From contig CATNEN010000039.1 of the NCBI GenBank assembly GCA_950097015.1, forward strand, positions 11,408,001 through 11,472,000: DNA of 64,000 bases, read 5' to 3'. Under the pieces are notes generated by a model. That model ran no database searches. It was not told where the DNA came from and saw only the letters and a program-made list of their open reading frames with translations. A program made the position numbers and the translations under genes. How positions within the stretch are numbered: the stretch's first letter is position 1; each line of letters begins with the position of its first letter. Source of the stretch: Macrostomum hystrix (taxonomy: Eukaryota; Animalia; Platyhelminthes). Shown here piece after piece: positions 37,144 through 49,823 of this stretch.

Positions 37144-38148
37144 TTAAGGGCATTTTGCAATCACCAAGGACTCAAAGGTTCGCATTGAGTACGCGTAATT
37201 CAGTGGAGAAGGCATCGTTGCTGGATTTGTCTTCGAAAACGTGATTCCGATGGCCCAGTTGCCGCCAGTCAGCCGGAGAGCCGTGGGCGGTGTGAAATAT
37301 CGACCGTTCGGATTGAAGCAGTGACACGAGCCGTACCACCAGGCCCCTTGAAACAATTGCGCACAGTTATTAGAACCACTATCCTGATCGTTATCAAAAG
37401 TGCTGAACTTCTGGTTGTTCATGAATAGAGAGGACGTCTTCAGGCACTGGATGACGTTGGACCGGTCGACATCCTGGTCGCCGACTGTCACTCGATATCC
37501 TTGATCCGAGCCCTCGACTGAGAACACGGAGTTCTCCCACCACCACCAGCTGCCGTTCCACGAGCTCATCTCCCACCTCACTCTCCTGTCGCCTGCCCGA
37601 GTCAGCTGGTGAATCGCCTCCAGACCCATCCAGAAGTTCCCGTCCTCGCCCTGTCCGAACTGAGACAGGTAGTCTGTCCAGTTGCGGTAGAAGTCGACAG
37701 AATCGTCCACTCGGTGCTGGAATGTGCGCCAGCAGCAGCTCGGTCCGAGACAGTCGAGTCGCCTCACCTGGAATGAGATCGGTGTGCACAGTTGTGCAGT
37801 AGTGAGCTCCCAAACTACTCATCCAGTGCCGCTCATTCCCGAGTCGCTCACCAACAGCAGAGGCAGGCTGGAGTTCGCGGCGTTCCGACACTTCCTGCAG
37901 CCGCTCCAGCCGAGTCGGCAGCTCAGCATCCGACAGGCGCCGTCATCGCCAGAGAATGAGACGGCCTGGTGCTTCTCACTGGCCAGGTAGGCGCAGTGCA
38001 GGAGGCTCACGGCTGATTCAACGCTGTCTGCCAAGTACTCAGAGAGGTCGTCTCTCTGAGCACTCCACATTGGCACATCAACCAGATCGGCGGTTGTCCT
38101 GAATACATTCCCAGAACTCAACAGCAGAAGTAGTGGAAAACTGATCAT
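37144..38148 (-). CDS. Secreted PAN/Apple-like + fibrinogen C-terminal (FReD) protein, paralog A, about 306 aa
   Basis: Exon 38148-37852 (signal peptide, SLLHCAYL...AVSF...C), 84-bp intron GTGAGC...TTCCAG, exon 37767-37144 (W.TFQHRVDDSVDFYRNWTDY..FG...FWMGLEAIHQLT, KFSTFDND, GAWWY..CH..NPNGRY). Confidence 0.9.
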
Positions 38149-38780
38149 TTTGCTTAGGAATAATTATCAAATTCCTGTTGCGTGAGCAATTTTTCGGGTT
38201 TGTCTTAATAAGTGGTTCTGTTAAACAGCATATGAATTATGTGAGCATGATGGCTTGCTAGATAACTGGTGAATCTATCTTTATTTTGTTTGATGTGTTA
38301 CCCTAAGGGTGTAAGATTGTTTCTGCATTTGAATAAAAACCATTGAGTATGAGCAGCGTCTTTCCGTTAATTCATTCTAATTCTAATGACAACACTCTTA
38401 TGTCCTACTGCTCTTGTCGCAGAAAATTGTATAAAGCTGCAAATCATTAATTATGCCTATTTTTTAGCTTCTGCATCTGCGCTCTGCTCAATTTGGCATC
38501 GAGACAGAAGTCTAATCAGCTATCAAAATGTTAGCTCTTTGTCAAAGAAGAAAGTATTTATGACCAAGCATTCTGACTACTAATGATGGTCTGCTCAAAC
38601 ACTTTTCTGCTAAAGCAAAGAAACAGAAAGAATGCAATAGCCGAGTTCAGCAAGACATTGTCGCTAGTCAAAGCCTTTTGATAATAACTCATTCACACTG
38701 CCATTCAAAAGACATACACATAAATATAAGCTGTAAAATTTTACAGGTGGTTCAATTGCTTGAAAAATTGCATAGAGGTA

Positions 38781-39075
38781 CAATAACAACAACAATATAC
38801 GCCAGAGTTAGCAGTCAGAAGGGGTTTTAAGGCCTTGTCGCGTACTTAGGCAAAGGCTTTCGGCAGTGTCCGGGGCGCCGGCGTCGGCTAACAGACAGTC
38901 GACGTACCGTCGAGTTCGCGCCTGCCCCGCCGAAGTGGGGCCTGCAGCGTGAGCAGCAGAACCTGCTGCGCAGGCTGGTGGCAGTACACTGATCGGCGTG
39001 AATCAGGTGGCCTGCCAGCTGTAGTCACCGACGGCGCAGTAGGTCGCTTGGGCCAGACCGGCGCAGCGATAAAGT
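38781..39075 (-). mobile_element. 3' fragment of an RTE-like LINE with (TTG)n tail
   Basis: Diverged copy of the 39365-39680 sequence. The tail reads AATAACAACAACAA on the + strand. Confidence 0.65.
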
Positions 39076-39364
39076 GCAGATTGAGCAGATTGAGCAGCAG
39101 TGCAGATAATACAGATGCAGATGCAGATGTAGTGCAGATGTAGTGCAGATGTAGCTATCTATATCTACACCAGCGTATACTGAGCAGGAGGAAGCGAAAT
39201 AAAGCTAAGAAGAACTTTAAGATTCAGAATGAGTTCGGAACTCATGTAGCCGCTATATTTTAATTATTAAATTGCAATGTAAACTAGAAGGTGCACTGCT
39301 AGAAAATGAATTAAGGAACAGATTAATGAACAATTAACGACAGACAAAAAAGTTCTTGAATGAT

Positions 39365-40165
39365 TGAACAACAAAAACAACAAAATATGCTGTCAGGATG
39401 AAAATAAAGGCATTTCACAGTGCGCACTTCAGAGCCTGGGCGCAAACAAAGGCCGCACCGCCGGCAGAGTCCGGGGCGCCAGCGTCAGCCAGCAGGCAAT
39501 CAACGAAGCGCCGAGTTCGGGCCTGGCCGAGCCGGTAGGGTGCCTGCAGCGTGAGCAGCAGCGCCTCCTGCACCGGCTGCGAGCAGTAGGACTCGGCGCG
39601 GATGATGTGGTCTGCCAGCTGGAGTCGCCGACGGCGCAGCAGTTCACTTGGACGGGCCAGGCCGGCGCAGCGATAGAGTGCCACGTTAGTAACTCGCTCG
39701 TCGCTGATCTTAAAGGCGGCGCGCAGCAGGCCGGCATGCACCGCGTTGACTTGCTGTTCGAGCGAGTCCGTCAGCGTCCATGCCTTGGCGTTGTATAACA
39801 GACGGTCTCGACTACCGCCTGGAACAGCGCCACCCTCTGGCGATCAGGTAGGGCCTCGGACTGCAGGACCACCCTCACAGAACGAACTGCTGAGAGCGCG
39901 GAAGCTCCGTTGCCTGCCCGTCAGCGCCTCGGCAGAGAATTGCAGCCTCGATGTCGCCCGGCACGCAGAGCACGACGGTCTTCCTCGTGTTGACCACCAG
40001 GCCGACGCTCGTTGCAACGCCAACCAGCTTGCCTAGCTGGCGCTGGGCGCCCTCTATGGTCGAGGACAGCAGGGCGAGGTCGGCGGCGTAGCCAAGCATG
40101 CTGAGCCACCTTTCTGGTTGACGTCGACCCACGCGTCGGCGCTGAAGGAAACCATCGTCGTCGGT
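39365..40165 (-). mobile_element. 5'-truncated, degenerate RTE-like non-LTR retrotransposon
   Basis: RT motif region LGYAADLALLS...GLVVNTRKT (decayed YADD), C-terminal LRRRRLQLADHIIR, TTG-rich tail, frameshifts. Confidence 0.85.
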
Positions 40166-40992
40166 AGGCAGAGAATTTTGAAGTTTGAATATTGAATTTT
40201 GAATGAGTGAAGCATGCATTTATCTAAGAATATACTGTACATATTAATTATTCATATGTAAGGTCATTCGCTAGGTGCTGTTGACCGCTTAGCTTGCCAC
40301 TCAAAAAATCGTTCACATGATCTTCACCGCCATCAGCTCTTGCATTAGTTCAACTAGTTGTTCTTCCTCGATGTCAGCGATCTTGTTTCTTTTAACTGGG
40401 GGCTAGTCTTAATTTTTTCGAACGTCTTCAAAGTAAATCTAGATAAGTATTACTGCTAGATGAGGTAGCACCGAGGACAGGTGGGTCTTGGAACCCTCGA
40501 CTGGCTTTTTTGGCTTCGTTGAGACAATCGCTCCGAAGTTTGGTAATGCAGGTGACAGCGATGGTGGTAGAATGTTTGGTAATGCAGGTGACAGCGATGG
40601 TGGTAGAATGTTTTGTAAACAAGCCGTGTAGCATATCCAGCACGATTAATACGATTAATAGGTCTACTGGTAAAGAGAACTAAACCTAAGGTGCAGCATC
40701 AGGATAGTAAACATGCTGTGGACTGTGGACGGCTGGGACCGTCCATGGGAGGCTGTGGACGGTCTAGCTCAAACATTGATACAAGCGCAACTGAGAAAGG
40801 ATAAAGACCAAAGTCCGCGAAAAATTGCTTTCTAGAGAGTAGCGTAGACTAGCGTGCTATGTAAGAATACAACACATGTGGAAATGATTTGCGTGGCGCA
40901 ATAGATGATCTTTATTACGAGCGTACCTTAATTTGAGAGTTTTAAGAGACTTTAAAATTTCCCACCAAAAGCATCTCCAATTGCTGAAACTT

Positions 40993-41984
40993 TTATGAAA
41001 AGATGTCCATCAGGAGACACTCAAATGAGCGCATCGAATAAGTATAATCCAGAGGTGGACCAATCAAACGCTGCTCTGCGAACGTGATGCCATCAGCCCA
41101 AAGGTCTCCAGAAAGTTGGAGAGCAGTTGGCGGTGTGAAATATCGACCGTTCGGATTGAAGCAGTGACAAGCGCTGTACCACCAGGCGCCCTGAAATGTT
41201 ACGCAACAACTGCTTGGACTGGAATCCTGGTCCATGTCTGGCGTGCTGAACTTCTGGTTGTTCATGAAAGCAGCAGAGACATTCGGACACTGGATGACGT
41301 TGGACCGGTCGACGTCCTGGTCGCCGACTGTCACTCGATATCCTTGATCCGAGCCCTCGACTGAGAACACGGAGTTCTCCCACCACCACCAGCTGCCGTT
41401 CCACGAGCTCATCTCCCACCTCACTCTCCTGTCGCCTGCCCGAGTCAGCTGGTGAATCGCCTCCAGACCCATCCAGAAGTTCCCGTCCTCGCCCTGTCCG
41501 AACTGAGACAGGTAGTCTGTCCAGTTGCGGTAGAAGTCGACAGAATCGTCCACTCGGTGCTGGAATGTGCGCCAGCAGCAGCTCGGTCCGAGACGGTCGA
41601 GTCGCCTCACCTGGAATGAGATCGGTGTGCACACAGTTGTGCAGTAGTGAGCTCCCAAACTACTCATCCAGTGCCGCTCATTCCCGAGTCGCTCACCAAC
41701 AGCAGAGGCAGGCTGGAGTTCGCGGCGTTCCGACACTTCCTGCAGCCGCTCCAGCCGAGTCGGCAGCTCAGCATCCGACAGGCGCCGTCATCGCCAGAGA
41801 ATGAGACGGCCTGGTGCTTCTCACTGGCCAGGTAGGCGCAGTGCAGGAGGCTCACGGCTGATTCAACGCTGTCTGCCAAGTACTCAGAGAGGTCGTCCCT
41901 TTGTTGCGACCAGAGAGCGCTTAAGGAATCTAAGGCTAAGGAGCCACAGACACGTAAGGCAATTAGAAAGAAAACTTTGAACAT
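40993..41984 (-). CDS. Secreted PAN/Apple-like + fibrinogen C-terminal (FReD) protein, paralog B, about 301 aa
   Basis: Exon 41984-41697, 86-bp intron, exon 41610-40993. Same motifs as paralog A, with its own signal peptide MFKVFFLIALRVCGSLA. Confidence 0.9.
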
Positions 41985-43458
41985 GGCTTAAAGAGCCTGT
42001 CAGAGATGAGGAGTAGCTTTCGATTGTCCTAGATCTGCAGCATTTATAACTCGCAGACATTTGAGATATTGAGAAAAAGTTTTAGTTTGTGCGTTTTAGA
42101 GATAAGCTTCTGAAAGTAGCCTCCTTGGTTAATGCGCGACGTAAGTTTTTTTGTGTTTACATTTATCGGATAGCATTCAAAAGCTTTTACACCGATCAGG
42201 TTTACTTTAGCAAATGCACACACATTAACACTATGTCTAATGCATATTGCGTCAATCAAACTCGAGTAAAAGCTGAGTAAAAAAGCTTTCTTGTGTCTAC
42301 CGCGAAACGAGAAATATTAAAACGCAAGTCAAAGTAAAAGCTGGGCGATAATTCCGCGCAGAGGCGGGCATGGTGGACTTGATGACTTTATGACGACAAT
42401 TTTTGATTAATGGAACGTCAGGTGAGTGAAGTGCATTACGCCATTTTAAATGCGGAGACTCACAAATCAGTAAGAAAGCAAAATAGCTTTCATAGACACT
42501 TAAGTCATATCGGCTTCAGCATTAGCACCGGTCTTCACGAATCATTTACCTAAACAAAGCAGCACCTGGCGACAGCTGGCGTTTTTTTCCTTATCTATAA
42601 AGCAAGTGAAAGCAAGGAAGTCTTGACGAAAGATTCATTGTCTGCGTCGTCCTGCATACTCGGGCTATATTTTAATTATCTCCTGAGTACGAGTAGCCTA
42701 CGCTTGTGAGTCCTCTATAATCAGACAAGAGTGAACAAGGATGGGAAACTACTACGTTTCTTAGAAAAAAACTGAAGGCTGGTTTTCGCGAAAAAAATAC
42801 ACTACGGAGATTGAAAATGTACATTTTTCAGATTTAAACGGCGACAGCTTTTGATTGGAAGCAGATACAAAGCTGTTCTTTTGATATAACTGGCTTAACA
42901 TGTTGCTTTAGCGAATGTGTAAAGTTTTGTACATTACTATTTTATCCTCATACGATTTTCTTTACTAAATTAATTATCAGAAGTCTTAAATTTAATACAC
43001 TACAGACTAGTAAAATGTGCTTGACCTTATACTTGTTTTCCTCCTGCAATTAAGTATTAATTAATAAATTATTATGGTAATTAGTATAGCAATTTTTAAT
43101 AGCAATTGCTAAATATACTGATTATAGGTCTCAATTTCGTGTGTTTTAGTACGTTATAAATAACTTTATTAATGAAATTAAAAAACCGCCTTTTTAACAA
43201 ATTGGCAATTAGAATCACGTTTTTAGCAGATTTCTTTAATTCTTCAATTCAAGATTTCCAGAATGACATTCAAATATGGATAAGCTTGCTTATGTAATTA
43301 GTATTGGCACAAGACACGAAATTTTATGCGCTAACATAAAAACAAAAAAGCACCGTCGATGGTACTAAAACCGACTTAACAAAAAAATCCATCATTGTTT
43401 ACTACATGAAATTTCATAAAAACCAACAAACAATCGGCTTACTCAACGGATTACGACA

Positions 43459-46400
43459 TCAAACTTTCATATTTCTGTAAGACTTCATTTGCTCCTCAGT
43501 AACCGATGGTTTTAGTTCTCTGGCGCACTGAAGTAGCATCGCTTGATTCAGGCAGCAGTCGGCCGTGAGCTCGTCCGCCAGTCCGCTGTCTATGGCCGCA
43601 ACTGCCTGGCGCAGGGCTAGGTCCGCAGCGTTGGACACTACAGACATGACGTCTGCGCCGGTGACTAAAGGTGGTAGAGCCGTTGCCAACGACGAAATGT
43701 CCACATCAGGTGCACAGGGACGACGTCGTAGTTGTGCCCTAAAAAGGGCCGTTTTCGCTGCTAAACTCTCTGCCGGTGCAATGAGAAGCGCTTGATCGAA
43801 TCTACCCGGCCGAAGCAATGCCCGATCGAGCAGATCGGCGCGGTTGGTTGCACCGATCACAAATACGGCCGCATCCGCCGTCCTGATGCCATCTAGCTCC
43901 GTTAACAGCTGCGATACAATTCTGTCAACAGCTCCGCCACCGCCGCCTCCGCCACGTGCAGGAGCAATCGAATCCAACTCATCAAAGAAAACAACACAAG
44001 GAGCAAGGCGAATGGCGTCAGCGAATAGGGCGCGAACATTCGCTTCGGACTGACCAACGAACATGTTAACCAGCTCAGGACCCTTGACGCTAAGGAAAGC
44101 GAGGCCGAGCTGACTGGCTGCCGCTCGTGCCAGAAGGGTCTTTCCAACTCCCGGCGGCCCGTAGAGCAGCAGGCCACATCGGCGGTGTCGGCGAAGCTCA
44201 GGCCTCTTCAATGGAGCTTCAACCGTGGCTAGAATCTCGGCAACGGCCGCCTCCTGACCGCCGACATCTTCCCAGTCCACAGAAGCTGCAGCTGAAAGAT
44301 TTGGCGCACCCAGCGACGCTGCGCGAGCTTTCAGAGTAGCATCCAGAGCGGCTGATAAGAACCGGGCGGACTGATCAGTAGCAGAAGTCTTGATACTTGT
44401 TTTAGCTTCCGTAGTAGCATTTTCTCTGTCAGGTCTGTCTATCGCATCACCCGCACCACGTTCTGCTAGACGAGCGCGTCGCTCCAGTGACCATAGCTCG
44501 CCGGCGTTAAAACCGACACTGCGTCGCGTCAGGTCCTTCAACAGTTCATCGCGACAGTCGAAACCAGCGCTGGAGAGAGCTCTTCGCCGATCCGCTTCGT
44601 CTGGCGCTGGAACTGCCAAATCGAGTTGAAACAGGGCCAACAAACTGGCATCCATCACACCGAGGGAGCGACAGGTGCCGACAATGATCAATGGCTGGCG
44701 TGTTCGACTGTCTGAGGGTGATTCGTCAGAGTAAGTCAAACTTTTTGCCACTCGTTTCACATCGTATTTGTGAAAAGATACTAATAAGTGCTTCTAAAAG
44801 CACCAAAACTAAAAGCACAAAAAGTAACAGAGCGGTCTAACGCATTTGCCTCTCGCAACAAGATCCCTGAGCTCGATTCCGCGGCGAGGCCAATTTTTTT
44901 AGAGGCGCTGCCGCGGAGAGAAGGCTTGGGGCTTGTCGTACAATTCACGCCATTGAGGGCCAACCTCCAAGGCACAGTGAGTGTACACTGCCTGACAATG
45001 AGAAAGTCAGGGCAGATGAGCACACATGTGTAAGCATATGCCTGCGCACGGTATCCGTGTGCTTGTGTGCTCAGGAGTCAGCGAATTGGGCAGAATTGCC
45101 TCATCGCTGGCTGCGGGTCTAGTGTCACCAAAAGATGAGCCATTGCCCGCAGCCCTCCTGCAAGTTTTATTTTTCTGATTGCAATAGCATACTTTAAACC
45201 ACATAAGTTTTATGTGCTTGTAGCTATCGCATAAAGTACTAAGTACGTCACTTAACTTAGACGCCTAACGAAAGGAATAACTAGGCTTTTTTAGTTTTAA
45301 TACGTTAATTTCTATGCATTTTATACATCACATACGCTTTCCTAGTGCTTCAGTTCAGTATAAAAATAGTACCAGCTTGAGAAGAAAGATAAAATATTGG
45401 GTTGGTGTACCAACTGGGCTAGGTGTAATACTACTCTTACTAGTATCTGCGGTCTGTTGATACTGATCGATTAAGCGGCTGATTGCAGCCACCGCGGCCG
45501 GATCAGCGCCGGCACCATCGCGCCTGCGCGCCAGCAAATTGGCGTCCGTCAGCAGGAGCAAACGCGGCGGAGAAGAAGTAGCAGTACCGTCTGGCATTAG
45601 GACACTGGCGAAGTCGTCGCCGTCGCTGCCACCCGCTGTGCCAGTCCCCGTGCTCGTGGTTGACAATGCACTGACGGTGACAGTGAGTTCTTCGCAGCGC
45701 ACAATGCGAACGTGCAAAGCGAGGCGATCAGCGGCAGCCAGCGCGGCAGCAGCCTTACCGCAACCACTTGGCCCGTGCAACAGTAGAGTGGGCGTCGGTG
45801 CTGGCGAGCTGGTCGAAGTAGCCTTCGTCGAGAAAGTGTCGAGATAGGCGCGCATCAACTCGACCAGACGATCAACAAAGCCGGCAGCGAGAGGCACCGC
45901 CGGTGAAGGTCGAAGTCGCGGCGCGTAGGTGGCGACGGCTTGGTTTGTTGAAGAAGAGAATTGCAAACTTGTGAACTCGATGCCAGCGAGAAATGGGCCA
46001 GGCATACACTCAAAGCCCGTGTTGCCTTCCGTGACCTGGGTGAAAAAGTAATTTTTTATGAACAAAGTCTTGAATTTCAAGAGGATGGAGGACGTACAAA
46101 AACGCAGTCATAAAAAGGGAAACGTAGTGATAGACGATATTGCAACAGAGTAAGGACATATATTATTATATTATAAGTGCAGGAGGGCTGCGGGAAAAGG
46201 AACATCATGTAGTGACACTGTAGCGGACCTAAAAGCGAAGATTTCGGCCAGTACTTTGCCAGGCCACTTGACCATCGTTTCCCCAAACCCTTGTTGGCTT
46301 AGTTATCGTCTATGGTCCTTAGTCTGACGCACAGTTGCGACTTAGATGAAGCCACTTGTTGCGCGAGTTTTGTTGTTTAACTTTCTGCTCGCAAGCTAGA

Positions 46401-47576
46401 GAGCTACCCACAAATATATGCTAGAGTTCTGATCCTCTACAACACTATATATGTCCCTCGAGTTGGAACACATCTCTGCCCATTCCGCTGGCTCCTGAGC
46501 ACATACGCACACAGATACCGTACCTTGTCTAACACATCTACGAGTATAAAACTAGCTGCCTATGTGTAATGCAAATGTATAACAACACTTTATAATATGA
46601 GAATAAGAGTGTTGTCAGAATTATTTTATGAAGTAGGTTTTGAATTATTTTTCGACTTGAAAAGCCCCATTTTTTATTTTAGAATCAGCAAAAAAACTTC
46701 AGGGCGAATGTCCGTTTGTTACTTCCAAACCTATTGTTTTTATCGGGAAACCGCAGTGATAGACAATATCGCAACAGGGTTGAGACAGATCTCAGAAAAC
46801 AAAGGAAAGACCCGTGTTAAAGTGCAAGCAGATAATACAAGAATTAAAACAAGGAGCGCATTATATACCGTGTAGTAAAGAACGGTGTTCGTGTCTATCT
46901 GGCCGCCTACTGAGTCAGCCTGGCACACTGGTACAGTTATAATATCGCCCGGATACAAGCACTGCTGGGTGGCGAACAGTTCAAATAAGCTGAGCTTGTA
47001 CTCACTGTCGCTGCTATAGTGTGGCGATGGTGACAATGCGAGTTGAATACTTCGAGCGCGTTTCGCAGAAGCAATTTCAGTCATTGAGCATTGCTCAATG
47101 TGAAGCCGTATAGTTGGACAATTCATGTGGTTCCTGTCGCTTATTTGTGAGCTTCTAACACGAAACAGATTGTAGATTAAACTTGGGTGTACTACAATCC
47201 TATCTGAGAAACTACCACAATGATTTCCAGTGCTGGATAGAAGTTCTGCAGGGCCAAGTGTCTCTGCCTGCCTATTGTCTAACTTAGTGGCGTAATCACC
47301 AACATCCTGTGTGTCTGTGCAAGTACTGTTTTCCAAGCAACAAAGATCACCACAAACTCTGACAAATGCTAAACGAGGATAAGATTGCCAGGGATTTTTT
47401 GAGTCACATAGGCATTGAGCTGTCACTTTTATCAGACTGTTTTGAGTGGAGCAAAGAGAAGAGTCTGGACCAATGAATAGGCAGTTAATCACTGAATGCT
47501 GCTGCACATTGAGTTTGCTTAGCAATAACAGGTTGCTTTCTTTGTTTATATCAATCTGCACAGTTGTAGCTGCCAT
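43459..47576 (-). CDS. PEX6: Peroxisomal AAA+ ATPase PEX6
   Basis: Exons 47576-46869, 46035-~45441/45411 and 44711-43459. Degenerate D1 (GPSGCGK). Canonical D2: GLLLYGPPGVGKTLLA, FLSVKGPELVNMFVGQSEANVR, PCVVFFDELDSIAP, DRIVSQLL.ELDG, IGATNR.DLLD.ALLRPGRFD. Confidence 0.9.
44824..45165 (+). mobile_element. Near full-length tRNA-headed SINE (~340 bp) in a PEX6 intron
   Basis: A-box-like GTAACAGAGCGG, B-box-like GAGCTCGATTCC, family core, and 3' stem GGCTGCGGG...CCCGCAGCC-CTCCTGCAA. Confidence 0.85.
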
Positions 47577-48654
47577 TTAATGTTATTTGTAACAGGCTGA
47601 AAAATGGTATATTTTAGTTCTCTGCTAATAGAAAATGAACATGTAATAAAAATATAGCTAATATGGTAAATTTTAAGATCTTTGCACCCCTACAAGTTTA
47701 AACAAAGATACAACATAACTGTTATATAGATATTTATAGGTAGTTATTTTCCAAACAGCTCTAGCAATTTATGAACAGTTTTATATCATTAAAAGGATAA
47801 CTATAGCTAGCTATTCTAATAAAACTTATATAGAAGCTAGCTACTGAATAAGCTACTAAAATTAGCTTTAAATTAAAGTATACATAGTTGCATGTTCATT
47901 TCTTTCTATACAAAAAGTTCTACACATGAAAACACTAAGATTTTAGTAGATTAATATGCTTTAAATCACTTGTAATATCAACAACAAAAATGTTTTTGAG
48001 AGCAATACATAGTAGCTACCAAAGCTAACCAATTGCAAAGACTAATAAACATTTGAACAAAATTTAAATACATTTTAAAGACACATTATTTGTCTTTTAA
48101 TAGAGTATATGCATCGATAAAAAAGAATGTTGATCCCATTGAATCTAAAAAGAGTTAATTTTTTACACTAGATTCGCTTAATATTAATATATATTGCCCA
48201 AAGACCTGAGACAAATCCGAAAAAAATGAAAATATCTGTTTGGAAAACAGCAGTCGGCCTTTGAAATATTCAGACCTGACTTACAGCTTCACTGTGTGTT
48301 AGCGCTTGTTATATTTTCTCAGAAAACGCGCTGTTCAAATTTTAAGTGACACAGTATAGCAAAATAGATGTTCTTAATTGAAAACAACGCCTCCAAGTTT
48401 GCACGTGTTATTTTTTTTTATAAAAGTTCTTACTACTAAAATGTTAGTTGCGCAACCTCTGAATACAAAACTATACAATGCAATTTTCAGTCAAGAACTA
48501 AAGTGTAATTCCGGGTGAATATTATATAGGATATTCTGGGCGAATATTATTCACATTAGTCATTATTAGTGTAAATCCTGCCTTTAGTAATGGGTGAATT
48601 TGTTTTTTCCAACGTATAGTCTCAGGTCTCTGCATTAAGCTGTTGAACGATATT

Positions 48655-48990
48655 TATTTGCTTCTCGCACCAAGGTCTCTAAGTTCGATTCCACGGCGAG
48701 ACCACATTTATTTGGTGCGCAGCCGCAGCGAGAAGGCTTGGGACTAGTCGTGCAATTTACGCCCTTGAGGGCCAACCTCCAAGGCACAGTGAAATGTACA
48801 CTGTCTGACGATGAGAAAGTCAAGGCAGATGTACATACAGGCTGTGTGTGAGCGTGTGCCTGCGTACATAATTTGTGTGCGTGTGTGCTCAGGAGTCAGC
48901 GAAATATGAGCCTCCTCGCTGGTTGCGGGTCTAGTGTCACTTAATGATGGGCCATTCATTACCCGGAGCCCTCCTGCAATTATTATTCTT
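48655..48990 (+). mobile_element. SINE copy with (ATT)n tail
   Basis: B-box AAGTTCGATTCC, family core, ends CTCCTGCAATTATTATT. Confidence 0.85.
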
Positions 48991-49823
48991 ATATTAGTTT
49001 AAAATAATGGTTGTGACGTGTGTAACCATGTGTTTTGAAGTACAAACATATGTTTGGTTACAAACGATTGTGTGATGGAAATCACCCCCGTTTTAAATTA
49101 ATGCGGCCTAACCTAAATAGCTTATAATTAACACAGGAAATAAAACTGACCATAAGTGCTGAAATCCAATGTAAGTCGCATTTTTAGTAAGTAAGAGTTA
49201 CATATGTAAAGCTTCTGATCGATGCCTTTCGATTCCTAGCAGCGTCTGGTTGCTAATGAGCTAAAATAAACATTTTTAATTGCACAGCTTGTTCGATCAA
49301 GAACAGCTAAACTCGTGCTTGAACCCATGGAGATACCGGTTTTGGCTGGTTTTTCAGGTTTCGAGCTCGGGTTTGCTGTCAGACGTAAATGGCCCAATTG
49401 TGTCCGATCCTAGCTCTATTGAGCTCTACCTGTACTTGCATGCTGCATTTAGCTTAAAGTCCCGAGTACAATATATTGCTCTGAGTCAAATCCGCTAGCT
49501 TAACAAAAAATTTTCAAGTTTTTATTCAAGAATATTAAGAAAATTATTTTTGTACATGGGAAAATTTTAGCCACTGAGACTACATATTATCAAAAATTTG
49601 ATATATATTGGTAAAGGACGACAATACAAATTAATGACTGCACTTGAATACATTTTTTGTGTGTTTTGTCAACGCAAACACGCAAGAGTTCAAGCTCACA
49701 CGCAAATCTTTATTTTCCTTGGAAGCTACGAGAATAATTTGGCTGCATTTCTATTTCTATAGAAGACAAATGTTTATTTAATCAATCATCTAAAAAGTAC
49801 GCAATCGTCAATCTTGTCTCTCG

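Noticed and set aside
37815-37825. In-frame TGA read-through or selenocysteine in the FReD genes
   Set aside because: A stronger phase-0 donor (TTG|GTGAGC at 37851 and 41696) removes the TGA within the intron.
48803-48825. Hammerhead core (CTGACGA...GAAA) in the SINE
   Set aside because: Only 3 nt separate CTGACGA from GAAA, so there is no stem II, and other copies read CTGACAA.
48900-48980. HDV-like ribozyme in the SINE (GCC-TCCTCGCT-GGC equals the HDV P3/L3 sequence)
   Set aside because: No GG for P1.1 follows the putative P1 strand, there is no convincing P2 or J4/2, and the same bases fit simple SINE stem-loops. An RNArobo/Infernal search of the consensus would settle it.
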